From: Lama glama
Lineage: Eukaryota
Length of the DNA stretch: 64,000 nucleotides
Assembly: GCA_028534125.1 (NCBI GenBank)
Contig: CM052817.1
Coordinates: 53,198,001 to 53,262,000 of the forward strand
Reading direction: 5' to 3'
Part shown: positions 51,929-64,000 of the stretch, piece by piece
How positions within the stretch are numbered: the first letter of the stretch is position 1
How the letters are laid out: each line of letters opens with the position of its first letter
Translations under genes and position numbers: made by a program
The notes under the pieces: model-generated
What the model saw: the letters and a program-made list of their open reading frames with translations, nothing else
Database searches by the model: none
What the model was told of the DNA's origin: nothing

Positions 51929-53769
51929 CATATTGTATTTCTTGCTATGGGTAAGTTATAAAGGACAAATAATAGCCCACACCTTCAAACTGCTAGCTAG
52001 CTAATAAATGAAACCACAGGAAAAATATCAGACAGATTGAAAACAAATATGGTAAAACAAAATTGTTCATAAAAAAAATTCCAGCACTCAAGCGAAAGAG
52101 GGAGGCAAACAGCACAAGAATAAGAGTTAGAGAACATGTAATTTAATACTGGCTTTTTCCCCCCTTACTACTAAAAACTGGAAAACACATTGACAAGTCA
52201 AGTGAAAGGAGTATCACTCTAGAGAATAATGTTAATTTAATACTAGGTCCAATCATTGACAGAACGTGTTAAAATTAGGTACAGAGCTGAGTGGGTTGTA
52301 GGAGAAATTAGGATATAAAATGTGATGGGATCCGGAAAGACTTCAAAAGTCAACATCATCACCACCATCACGGAGTTTATTCTGTCTGGAGGTGCTTGAT
52401 CAAAGTTTTGAAAGTGGTGATAGCACAGATTTCCTTTTCTGTAAGTTGTGTTTGACAGATGAGCAAATGTCAAGTATGTGGGTCAGAGGAATGAGCAGGG
52501 GAATTGTCACCAAAGAAAAGGAAGATGTTTCAAATGCAAGGAGTTTGTACACCAAAGATAAACTTGATCAGTGGCATAGTTTTGTTTAGAGCTGGCACTA
52601 AGTTCTAAGTAACAGTCTAAGATGATTTTTTTTCTACAGGCTATATTCCAGGGCCATATAAATCCTTCAGAAGAATTAAGTCCCACAGGACTTCAAAAAG
52701 ATTATAGAATATAATTTCATAATAAGAATATAAATAATGATTCCTTATTTCAACTGAGTTCGTTGAAGAGCATAATGATATTAGTTTTCTATGTACAAAA
52801 TTCCTATAAAACTCAAAAAACATTGTGAAAGTAACACTAAAAAAGAGTATGTACTTTATAAAACCCTTTCTTCAGAAGATTTTATTTCTTTATTTTGAAT
52901 CCTACCATTTTCCCTGAAAGTGTATTTTATTTTATTTTACATTCTACACACTTTAGCCAATGGAGTTTCATTGCCAAGTTTTGAAGTCATATGTGTGAGA
53001 AAATTTTCTTTCATAGGCTATTTTCCCACATTATTTTCTTAAAAGACATCATCAATAGGAACAGGGTTAGCTGCTTGTTCCTCTCATTTTTCGCTCACTT
53101 ATTTATCTTCCTGTTACTACTAAAAAATAAATATTTTGTGCATTATTGTCTCATCTCTGGAAGGTATACCAAAAGGAACCTTCTGAAAATAATCTGGCTC
53201 AGGCCAAGTAAGTATAAATAAGGCAGTATATCATAATGAAGAATGCAAAAGTAAAAAGAGACACAAACATCCCAAATATTTTTCTGGCTCTGTGTATATC
53301 CAGCTGAATCCTAACCTCATGAAATTCGTCTGTCTTAGAGCATTACATGTAAGACTGATTTTTCTTAAGTTTGTTTTATGTACAGAATTTATAAAATCCT
53401 CATTCTGACATAAACTCATTCAGATGTTACTTGTTTATGTGAATCCTGCCATACTCCACTGAGACTTGGCCCTGATTCATATATTTTGAGGTGGTTTATT
53501 TGAGGAAGATACTCAGAAGGACTGAGATTGAATGGTTGCATTACTTGGAATTCCTAAAGGATTAGTCATTTTTCCTTCAGTATTTAATTCTAATTCCAGT
53601 TGTTATGGGAATCACAGTCATTCCTGATATTAAGTATTTCCCCTAAATACATAAATATGCTAGCTTGTCCCATTTTACATTTTCAAATTTAGAGAATTCT
53701 TCCTTGTCTCTCCTTTTCTCTTTGTCTCCCTCTCTCTTCTTCCAGTTTAGGAAATTCACACATTAGCTC

Positions 53770-53772
<3 letters not shown>

Positions 53773-53801
<29 letters not shown>
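53773..53801. repeat. Poly(T)29 tract
   Basis: Direct reading. Confidence 0.95.
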
Positions 53802-53806
<5 letters not shown>

Positions 53807-56800
53807 GCTGGGTCCCTCCTCATCCTTGATAACTCACCATGTTTCTTACTCTGATTAGAACAATACAGCTCTGAAATGTGCAGTTACCAGCATTTATAGT
53901 TCTAAAAGACTGCATATTATTACTATTAAAATATCTTAAGAAATTTATATATGCTTTTAATGTTAAATCATCATCTTTGAAGACAATGTAGAACTGTTGA
54001 GCTTGTTAAGATAATAACAGGTCAACATACTTTCTATCACTGCTAAATCATTTCACAAAGTGTTCATTATTTTCTGATACTGGTACAGATAGTCCTAGCA
54101 TCTCCACAACTTGGCCAAAGATCAACATAATGACACTTAGAATGTCTCCTCAGAGGCCTCAAATCCCCTGACTACACAACACAGCTCACATTTTATAGCA
54201 TTACACATTTTGGAAAGCATATATTCGAATACATCCAAACTATTTTATTTATAATATTAATTACATCCTTAGTATAAAAGTTTATTTGCAAAATTGTATC
54301 CTATGCCTATTAAATTGGTTCTCATAATAAAACGATTATAAGTGCTTTAGTCTTCTCACTTCTTTGCTATTTAGCTGATTATTACAACATCTATCATATT
54401 GGGCAAAAGGCAACAATCCATGAATGTTGCCTTAGAAAAGTATGCTTGCTTTGAAATTTGCATTCTCCCTGCAAGTGCAATCAAAATAAATTATGCTACT
54501 TAGCTGATAAATTGATTTGTGGACCACTTTGGGAGATTGTATCTCTAGGTTTTTTATCACTGACTTTACAAGAAAAGAGCATTGCATTTAAATGTCATAG
54601 TCCATGTCTTTACTCTGTGGTAATTAACACTCCCCATACCCCCATCATGTATTGTAAATATCAGAGCACTTCACTTTAATAACATTTCAGTTTAACATGG
54701 CTCTTCATGGTCACTGAAAGAAAATGATTAAATTCAATAAGAAACACATAAGCATTCTTATGAACTGGTTTTAACACAAACCACTTGGTCTTCTAATTCT
54801 CTTTAACAGATAGAAGTAAAACAAAAAAAACAGAACTTTGATGTTGACCATACAATATCATTACAGCTATACAATGTATGAAAAGATGAATTTAATGTCA
54901 TAACAGAGTTATCCTCATTTACTGAACTAACGAAATAAAGTGAAAATTATTTATCACAGTAAATATTTAAAATAATTTATAATAGTAAAAATAAGCATGT
55001 GTAAAATTCAATCATCACTGTTATTTGGGAAAGTTGAATTTCACTCTGAACAGTTTTCCTCAGCCAGTGGAAAAAAAAAATCTAAGTATTTGGACTGATT
55101 TTAAAGGAAATCTAATCTAAGTGTACATCTGACATTATACTGCTACTTTTTTTCTAAAAAAGTCCTACGAAGTTTATGTTTGAACATCTATAATAGTAGG
55201 GAATCAGTATGTCCCAAGAAAGCCTATTTTATAACTGAAAGACTATTAGAAATAATTTCATAAATGTATTGATATGAAATCTTTTTAATTTCCAAAAGTT
55301 TTGGAAGCTATAAACCTGAGACCACACAGAATAAACTTAAGACAATATACATTTGATCCATCAAATACATAAAGTAGTATCCAATATATAATTCACTGTC
55401 TAACCTTCCCAATTTAATTGCATTACAAAATTAACCATTCAAATATGGTTCTAATCATGGCTATCTTAGGAAGAAAGCATTTTCTCTACAAATTAGCCAT
55501 TAAATACTGTCAAAAAAAATTTATGAAAGTCCCATCTTTGTTATTTTATTAACTGTTATACTATGTAGATCTGAATGAAAAAGTCATAAAACAAGTAGAA
55601 TCTGTAACTCCATACAGTATTAAACTTTTCAGTTTTAGTGTTTTACTTTTTAAAATTTTCTATTTAGTGTCGAGTCATTGTTCTGTAACATATTCTCCTA
55701 ACCTGAAAACAAAATAACTCATTAGGAAGTCTAATAATCACACTTGCAAAAAAGTTAAAATAGAGATATTCAAAAATTTTTTAAAAATCTGTCAAAATTA
55801 AATTAACTTGCTAATAATTTTTTAACAGTACCTGCAGTAATACAAAACAAAGAAAAAACACTGAAACATCTAATTTTTTTCATTTTCTATAAGCATTTTA
55901 ATCTCCAGACCCATTCTAGGACTATGAACTCCTATAGATGGTTAGTAAATTTTTCATAATTTTTCATAATACCACTTACATCTCTGCATAAAAATTAGTT
56001 CTATATAGCACAAAGAGAGACTAAGATATACAAGCATTCTATTTCATTTTAGATATACCTAATAAGAAGATATACTTCAAAAAATGTCATAGGAAAATGG
56101 GCTGACATTCATCAGATAACAGAAATATTAAATCTCTATTAAATATTAATATTATGAATAAGTTGTCCAGATATAAAGTATTATTCTAAATAAATCTAAA
56201 AACACTACATTATTATTATTGGTAAGATGTGTTCTACCTTGAGAGTAGAAATAAATCTAGCAATTCTTGAACAAATCCATATTGTAAATCAATTTAAATC
56301 ATCCTCAGAGCCATTTCTATTCTGCATATTAGAAAACTGCCACCCAAAATCTGATGATGAGTAGCAATCAAATTATTAAAAAGAAAAAAAGTGGAAAAGA
56401 TATTCTAGACATCTAAATATAAGGAATAATCTATCATATTTTCTTTCTCCCTAAAATTCAAATTAAAAAGAAATTATTGTGAGATTATAGAATCCTCAGA
56501 TTTTTAATTCTGGCTTAGAACTGGCTCCCTTATGTCCTTTGCACCTGTGTGACTTCTTGTAACTAACATTAACTGGAATATGTTTATATAAAACTAATTT
56601 TCACTACACTGACTATCATCATTACAAAGTATTGTTAATTCCACACAGTGATATACAGTTTCCCTAGCACTTGTCAATCTCCAGAAACGGAGAGGCGAAA
56701 AATTGTCTACTGTTCTACTACCACAGGAACACACAGAAATCATGTTCTATATGCCCTTCTGTGTAACCCACCCTTACAACTCATCCAGGGGTTCTATTTT

Positions 56801-57134
56801 AACTCTAAAATAATGCTGGTGATGAGAAGTAATTTTTACTCTTTGTTTCTTCTTCATCACCTTAGGGACAGTCCTTACTATGTTTAATATGAGATAAATT
56901 AGCCAGGAAAAAAAGATTAAGCATGTAGTACACATTTAAACTTGCAGTATTCTGTATTTTATTTGAGACAGTCAGAAGAGAGTGCATAATGTATAGACTA
57001 AAATGTCCCAAATTAATTGAAACATGCTGTTTGTACATAATTTATTTAAACTTGTTTAACAGTCATTCTCTCAACCCAGTTCTAATAGTCATGTGACTCT
57101 TTTGGTTCACTCCATATCTTCGATACCTTAAAAT

Positions 57135-57232
57135 CTATACACACATATATACACATATTGTATGTGTTTATACATATGTATATATGTGCATATATACAAA
57201 TGTATGTGGGTATATATATATATATATATATG
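57135..57232. repeat. (TA/CA/TG) compound microsatellite
   Basis: Direct reading. Confidence 0.85.
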
Positions 57233-57559
57233 TTACATTGTGTAATTCAAAGATTTACTTTGGTTTTTATGTGTTTTTTAAGAATAGCCTTTTTCCCCAT
57301 TTAAACTGAACAAATACTTATGTAATGCGAACATTATGCCTAGGATTCTCTAAGATATACAATAGGAGTATAATCCATTTAAAAGATATAATACTCTCAA
57401 GGAGATTTACATTGAGTGTTTATTTGTGTGTGTGTATGTTCAAGATGTAAATACAAAAGCAATAGTATGAATTATACAATAAATACTTTAAGTTGTGTAT
57501 ATAAAAAATATGTGCACATAAAAAGCATGTTTAAAAGCTGTGCTAAAAATAATTTTACA

Positions 57560-57805
57560 AGACAGCATGGTAGTGGAAGGAGCATAAGCCTTGGATACTT
57601 TTAAAAATTTTTGCTATTCAACTTTTTACAAATCACCTAACATGGATAGGCTTTAGCATCTAAATTTTTAAAGTGCTAATAAATTAGGTTTTATATTTGT
57701 TTTGTGGATTACATAAATTGCTGAATATAAAAACATCTGACGAAGTGCTAGGTTCCTGATATATGCTCGAATTTTGGTGTCATTCTTATTAATGTTGTTA
57801 TTATT
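57560..57805 (+). mobile_element. MIR SINE (degenerate)
   Basis: GACAGCATGGTAGTGGAAGGAGCATAAGCCTTGGA head and TTATTAATGTTGTTATTATT tail. Confidence 0.6.
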
Positions 57806-58010
57806 GAGCATAGTTAGTATTTAATAGTTTGAGAGCTATCAGGGAAAGAATAAGGTCAGTATTAAATATGAACACTGACACTACAAATAACATAAAAAAC
57901 CAGCAACTGAGCACCATTTATTGAGCACCCATGGTTCCAAGAAGTGTTCTGAATTCCATCTCAATTCTGATACAATTTATCAATAAGGATTTTAATATAA
58001 ATCAATATTT

Positions 58011-58077
58011 GAATTTAATGAATTTAATGAAATTTAATGAATTTAATGAATTTAATGAAATTAATGAATTTAATGAA
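58011..58077. repeat. Tandem 9-mer (GAATTTAAT)n, about 7 copies
   Basis: Direct reading. Confidence 0.92.
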
Positions 58078-58599
58078 AACAAATATACCCCATTAATTTT
58101 GAAACTTAGTATATGTTATTCAGAAGGAATATGCTTGTGATTTTAAAGTATTGCTAAAGTACCTTCAAACACTGGTACCCTAAAGAAATTTTTTGTTTAA
58201 CTAATTTAGTCTAAGATAAATTGGTCTTTTTGTTTCTAAAAGTAAACCTTTCAAAGGAATAAGCTATCCACTTTGATAATGTAGTGCAATCATAATCATT
58301 TATATATAAAAGATGTTATACAAGTATGAGGTTATTAACGTAGAATAACTTTAATTTAGAGTTAAAATTCTTATATCGAAGAAGTATCAATATTATATGC
58401 CTTCTATCTTGTGATTTCTGAATTTTCTTTCAAATTTAAATATATACGTCAAAATCTTTGGGTCACAATTTTATTAAATTTTTCTCTCAATGGCAAATTA
58501 ATAAAAATATGGATATTATAACCATGAATTCCAATTTTACTCTGTTCACTTGCAAATATATCTCCCCTGGTGCAACCACATCTTTAACCCTGTTCTACC

Positions 58600-59472
58600 A
58601 TATAAGAATACTGACTTGGCCACATGGAAACATACTGGACCTGTTCTCCCTTCCCCAATCCTTCTTCACCTGGACCTTCTTCATCACAGTCAACGACAGT
58701 CACATTCTTCTGGTTTCTCAGTCTCGAAGAATAGACTTACCCTTCTCTTCCTTGTCTCACCCTCCATATCCAATCTATGAGCAATTCTTATTGTCTCACT
58801 GTGAATCGGTATCTGTATTCTAACCATTTCTCACTATTTTCACTATTATAACCCTTGTGCAAGTTCCCATTATCTCTCTCCTGGAATATTGCAATAGTCT
58901 CCTAACTGATATCACTGATCTATGTCAGCACATCAACCAAAACAGTACTTTATAAATTCAAAGTGTATTAAAGCACTCTTTGAATCAGAACACCCCTTAG
59001 CAATTCACTTTTCTCAAAGTAAAAACTATCCAAATAAACTCCTTTACTTCTGTAACAGCATCCCCTACTACTCTGACAATTGTTTATGGTGATCCAGCTA
59101 TCCAAACCTCTTATTTCTTCAATAACCAGATACACACTGCCTCATCCTCATCCTCCCAGATATTTAATCATCTATTCCCTCCCCTCTTTCAAGTGTTTGT
59201 TTTAATATTACTTTCTTAGTAGAGTCCACACAAGTCATCCTATCCAACATTGTAACTTTCAGGCTTAACCCTCATTCCCTGTCCTCCTTGTTGCTTTACC
59301 TTCCTAAGTAACTCTTTTCTGATATAATGAATTAGCTACCTATTTTGTATGTATACCATTTCTTTCTGCCCCTATAAGCTCCTTGAGGGAAGATTACTTA
59401 TCTGCTAATTTCTTAAACCACAGCATTCAAAGCAATGTCTAGCAATAGTAGGTAGCGAATAATTGAATGAAA
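58600..59472 (+). mobile_element. L2 3' portion
   Basis: CCTGGAATATTGCAATAGTCTCCTAACTG, TATAAGCTCCTTGAGGG, ends GTAGGTAGCGAATAATTGAATGAA. Confidence 0.8.
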
Positions 59473-62400
59473 TATGCAAGTAATTTCTCTCATCTCTATC
59501 TTTGAAGGGGATGAAGCTAGTAATTATGTAAATTATAATCTATGTGAGGCAGCATGTCAGAGGCAGAGGAATTCTTTGAAAAGGGTCAATTCATTGGATT
59601 TTTATATTCCTAAAGACAAAGAAGCACATGCATCCAATTTATGGATCAGGATGTTGACATACGCAACCTGGGAAGGTAATACTTCGAATATCTACTCTTA
59701 TTTTATTCCCTTTTAAATTATTTCTTTGTATTTTCATACTTTGATTTTTATGAGAAATCATAATTATTTGATTATGATTTAATATACAGGAAAATCAAGG
59801 TACCTTTTTTTAAAGAGTGATTACATGAGAAGGCAAGATGTATGACACTGAAGCTACTTAAGGTTACTAAGAAAAGTAATTTTAAAGAGCTCATTTTTAA
59901 GAGCAATTAACTTGAACCACATTTTTATCTTTTCTATCTAAAAGTTGTACACAAAATCTCTCCTCTATTAGATACATTTTAATGTATAAAGGTCATGGGT
60001 AAACTTACTATTTAAAGAACCCTAAAACAATTCTTTTGTTTTAAAAAATCATACACTCTCCAATAAAATATTCCCCTTCTTCACCTGTTCTATGGTCAAA
60101 GGTTTTAATATCAAATTTTCTTAAGATGGGATTCCTAATTTGCTGGAAACATTTTTGATACAGAAGAGACCACTAAGTAAATTTACATGGCTATAAAATT
60201 AACATTAAAGTCTTTTTCCCCCCACTTTCTCTGAAACAAGTCAGACTCATTTCTGGAAAAATTCCCTTTTCATCACATAGTAGAGGACTTTCATTGGGAA
60301 TGATGAATGAACATAATATTTCAAGAAACTGATTATACTTCTATGGGAGCCTTCTCCCATGCACATGGACTAAAATGCAATACTTTCACACAAAATATAT
60401 TTCGATTAATTATATTAGCTAGTTATAGCCATATGTCTGCAGAAGCAGAACTTCTCCGAATAAACTAGGTCTGCTTTAAAAGACTCCAAACCGTGGGAGT
60501 TTAAGTGGTCAGGTAGAACACATGTGAAGCCTGAAAATGTGGTAGGCTTCTGGTAAGTGCACACACACGCGCTCTATATTGATAGACATTGCCTTAAAAC
60601 ACCCAGTGGTAACATAACCCCAGTGCTGAAACAACTCACTACTAGAACTCTTGGTTTTGAAACGCTCTCCTTATAACTTTCTTAGAGCATTCTGTTTGTC
60701 AAGAGGTTGAGAGCACCAGCTGAGCGGACAAAGATCCAGGGGCCCCACTCATACCTCACTGGTAGCTTCAAAGTCGTCTAAAAAAAGAGCTTCACAGGTT
60801 ACAAAATACTTAGGAAACACAATAGCACAGAATTTTGAATTCATTCTTCAGCTCTATATACTGATGATACCAGCTGATAGAAATCACCAGGGTAGGCAGG
60901 TTGGAGTACGCATGTTTGTCCTTTGTTTGCAGGTGTGACACAGAGAAAGCATATTTGAAAATGAGAACTAGAAAAAAAAGACTAAAGGGAGTGAGTGAAA
61001 TGAGAAATCACCACTATTTATAAACTAAATAAACTCATGTAATTCGATATCAGTGTAGCCTGTTATTAGTATTTAGTACAAAACATTTAGTTAAATGCTT
61101 ATTAAGATACATAATTAAAAAACAAATACTTAGTTCTACAGCATGGTGAGTGTTAACTTCTAAATATAAACAACCTTTCCCTTAAATTTGCTGGAATGTT
61201 TTACCAAATGTATCAGATGGCATTTCTTGAAATGTACCTCTGTCTACTCAAACACTAACACCAATTTTATAGTGTAATTATGTGGAAAATCTACTTGCTT
61301 TATCAGACATTCAGCATGTCAAGATAAGAAGAATTGAATAAATAGATGGTACGTTACTATCAAGTTTTCTCAGCACTCAAAGGCATCTATAATTTTTTTG
61401 TTAATCCCACTTGATCCTCTAAACATATTAGAAATGATATTGTTGACTGTTAGTATTGGTGGTGTAGACAGACTTCCAAAAAATAGCTTAAAGTAGACCT
61501 GAGGGACCTACAAAATTTGTCATATTTTCCTTTTTATGAAGTAATCAAATAGATAAAACATGTGGCAAGATAAACAGAATACCACTGAATCCGCCTACAG
61601 GAATAACCGTAAGTAAGTATTTTAAAAATAGATGAATAATTTCAGTATTCTTTCTCTGGCTTCCAGATTTCAATTCATCCAGAGAGTGAGGGGGAAGAAA
61701 AGATATGTACAAAACGATTATTTCAGTGCAGACATTTTTATACCAACACAAAATGAATGCAGGGCTCTGTTAAATCTACTATCTAAGATTTATAACTTAT
61801 TGTTTTTGTCATTTTCTCATTCCAATTGATTCTATTTTAATTATTCAAGCCCTTGATTACTTCTCATTCCCTTGATTATCAGGTTCTCTTACACTTTAAA
61901 AAGTATTAGACATATTTTCTTCTTTATGTTGACATTCCAACATAGCTTTTCTATTAATATCTACCATTAATAAGGAAAATTATAAGAATTACAATCATAA
62001 TTAATATTTATTCCTATGAATTCTTGGGCATTTCTAAAGAATATGCAGATTTTTTGAAAAATGTACTATTTTTAAAATTGTATTTAAAAAGTATGGAGTC
62101 CCAGCTTACATCCATTTTCTCCCTCACAGCTCTTAATAGATATTTCATACATATGGTATTACTGTTGAAATAGTAATCCAGTATCGAGAACAAACACAGG
62201 TGAGAAGTTCACTGTAAATCATATAACATTTCTGCCATTATTTTTTTTTTAGTTGGTAAATTCATTTCTAAAGAAAGCAATTGTTACCTGAAGTATTTAG
62301 CTTAAAAGGAGGGTATGCTGTTTTAAGATTTCACAAACTGAACATGATTTTAACAACAGCAATGCCACTCAAAATTACAAATGTATTATTCAAAATTAGA

Positions 62401-62639
62401 TTACTGAAATGACAGAAGCCCAATTCAAAGTATTTTAGACAGTAACGGAAATTTATTGGAAGAATAGTGGATTAATTTGCATAACCACAAGTAAGGCAGT
62501 GTCTAGCTTGGATCTGAAAAGCCACAACATTTGTTTGCTTTTAACTAGAACTAAAGGGAGTAATTCAATCCCTGAAAAGATCAGAAGCTGACAGTAGTCA
62601 TGTTTCTGACCAAAACGAAAAGCAGAGAAGTCTTTTGGA

Positions 62640-63665
62640 TTCTTTGACCTACTATTCTTTTGGTATTCCTCATTATTCTCCTGGCTACTTTTCTAAGCCA
62701 CCCAGTTGCTCATTCATCAATATAGATATCAAAAGCTGAATTTCATCAATTTAAATTTTTTTTGTATTTCATTATCCACACTTTCGTTAAAATGAATCAT
62801 CTTTCACTGGGCTTTAACTATCATCCATACCCAGGTAAGTCATATATTTCTCTCTCCAGACCCGGATGCTCCATAGAGTTCCAAACATCAATATTCAACG
62901 ATTTAATTGACATTGTGAATTATATGTATCAAAGCCAACTCAATATCAATATAAGACTCATGCTATTTTCCTATTCCAGCATACCAAACTACGCAAATAA
63001 AAAAGAGAAGCTACTGACCATCTTTCAATGATCTTTAAGTCAATAAATGGATTTGCCATCCATACGATAAAGCTACTGGAGTCAGGGAATCATACCTGAC
63101 CCTTCAATTTCCCTACCCCGAGCTCAACACTCTGCTACAGTCACATATAAATCCTAACATCCAGTCCATTACCAAGTAGTGTTGAATCCCTCCTGAAAAG
63201 TGTGTCTGACTCCTGCAAACTGCCATCTCTACCATCACTACCTTTGTTGATCTTCACATCGATTCTCAGATTATTCAAGTAGATTACTTCTATGTTTATT
63301 CACTTATTTTCTTCCACACAGTTCTCAAGGCAGTGTCTGTGATTTGCTAAAATACAGATATTTTCAAGTGAAACACAGCCTTTGGATCTTTGTGAAAATG
63401 CTTGAATATTTCCCTCCATATCTCTTAATATAAAGAGAAGCTCCTTATGCACAAAACCTGCGCTAGTTGGTTCCTAATCACCTCTTCAAATTTACCTGGC
63501 ACCAAGTCCCTTGTATGCTTTTCTCTACATAACTTGTCTTTAATTCACTCATAGAAATTAGTCACCTCCACTGTCGTCTCTTTTGGGTCTCGCTGTGTGG
63601 AATATTATTTTCTCCCTTCAAGTCTTGGTTAATTCTTACATCTTTAAGTTCTCAGCTCAAACTTG
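62640..63665 (+). mobile_element. L2 fragment
   Basis: GGCTTTAACTATCATCCATA, CATCCAGTCCATTACCAAGT, CTTTAAGTTCTCAGCTCAAA. Confidence 0.7.
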
Positions 63666-63849
63666 AGAACCTCGTAGAAAGCTAAGAATAAAGTAATTAT
63701 ACAAATGCATACTATAAGATCCTGTGCCTTTGTTAGAAATGGCTATAAATTTAACCCTTGGTTTTTCAGCAATCTACAACCACATCTAAGAAGCAATCAG
63801 AATTTTTACAAGAAAATAAAGATAGTTAATATTTCATTGAATTCCAACT

Positions 63850-63990
63850 TTTCTAGTCATTTATTTAAATGCATTACAAGTATTAACTCATTTAATACTT
63901 CCTTAATACTCATCATAAATATATGGGGTAGGTACAATCATGTTGCCCATGTTATAGATAAAGAAACTGAGATGCAAAGAAATTTTAAAA
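63850..63990 (-). mobile_element. MIR fragment
   Basis: TATTAACTCATTTAAT...CCCATGTTATAGATAAGAAACTGAG. Confidence 0.75.
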
Positions 63991-64000
63991 CCTCCATAAA

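Noticed and set aside
52325..52399. Short frame MGSGKTSKVNIITTITEFILSGGA* resembling an olfactory receptor N-terminus (N-x-T...TEFIL-G)
   Set aside because: It stops immediately, and I found no downstream OR motifs (GN, LHTPMY, MAYDRYVAIC) in the frames I checked; probably chance.
58011..58077. Short repeat arrays here and at 32195-32268, considered as CRISPR-like
   Set aside because: Contiguous tandem repeats with no spacers, in a mammalian context with no cas genes.

Overview
AT-rich, gene-poor mammalian genomic DNA (intergenic or deep intronic). It is probably from a cetartiodactyl: the youngest L1 3' ends resemble camelid L1 as I recall them, and I saw no Bov-A/Bov-B or PRE-1 SINEs. This is an inference, not a database result. 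No host protein-coding gene is supportable. The protein-like ORFs come from decayed L1 ORF2 and ERVL pol, and the rest look like chance ORFs. The window is a mosaic of L1, L2, MIR, MaLR (MLT1) LTRs, two ERVL pol remnants in opposite orientation around a 500-N assembly gap, hAT/Tigger DNA transposon fossils and one CpG-rich ERV2-like solo LTR. I did not find a convincing new multi-gene system. The most interesting signals are small retroposition fossils: (1) a 25-nt tRNA-Phe 3'-end-like insert with an A-tail and a perfect 16-bp TSD; (2) an L1 3' transduction bounded by a perfect 13-bp TSD; (3) a solo LTR that keeps a PBS stub and a duplicated terminus; (4) a 5'-inverted L1 missing about 2.4 kb at the inversion; (5) a PBX-MEIS/PBX-HOX motif cluster in unique DNA. 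Repeat subfamily names are from recall of consensus sequences and need RepeatMasker/Dfam confirmation.
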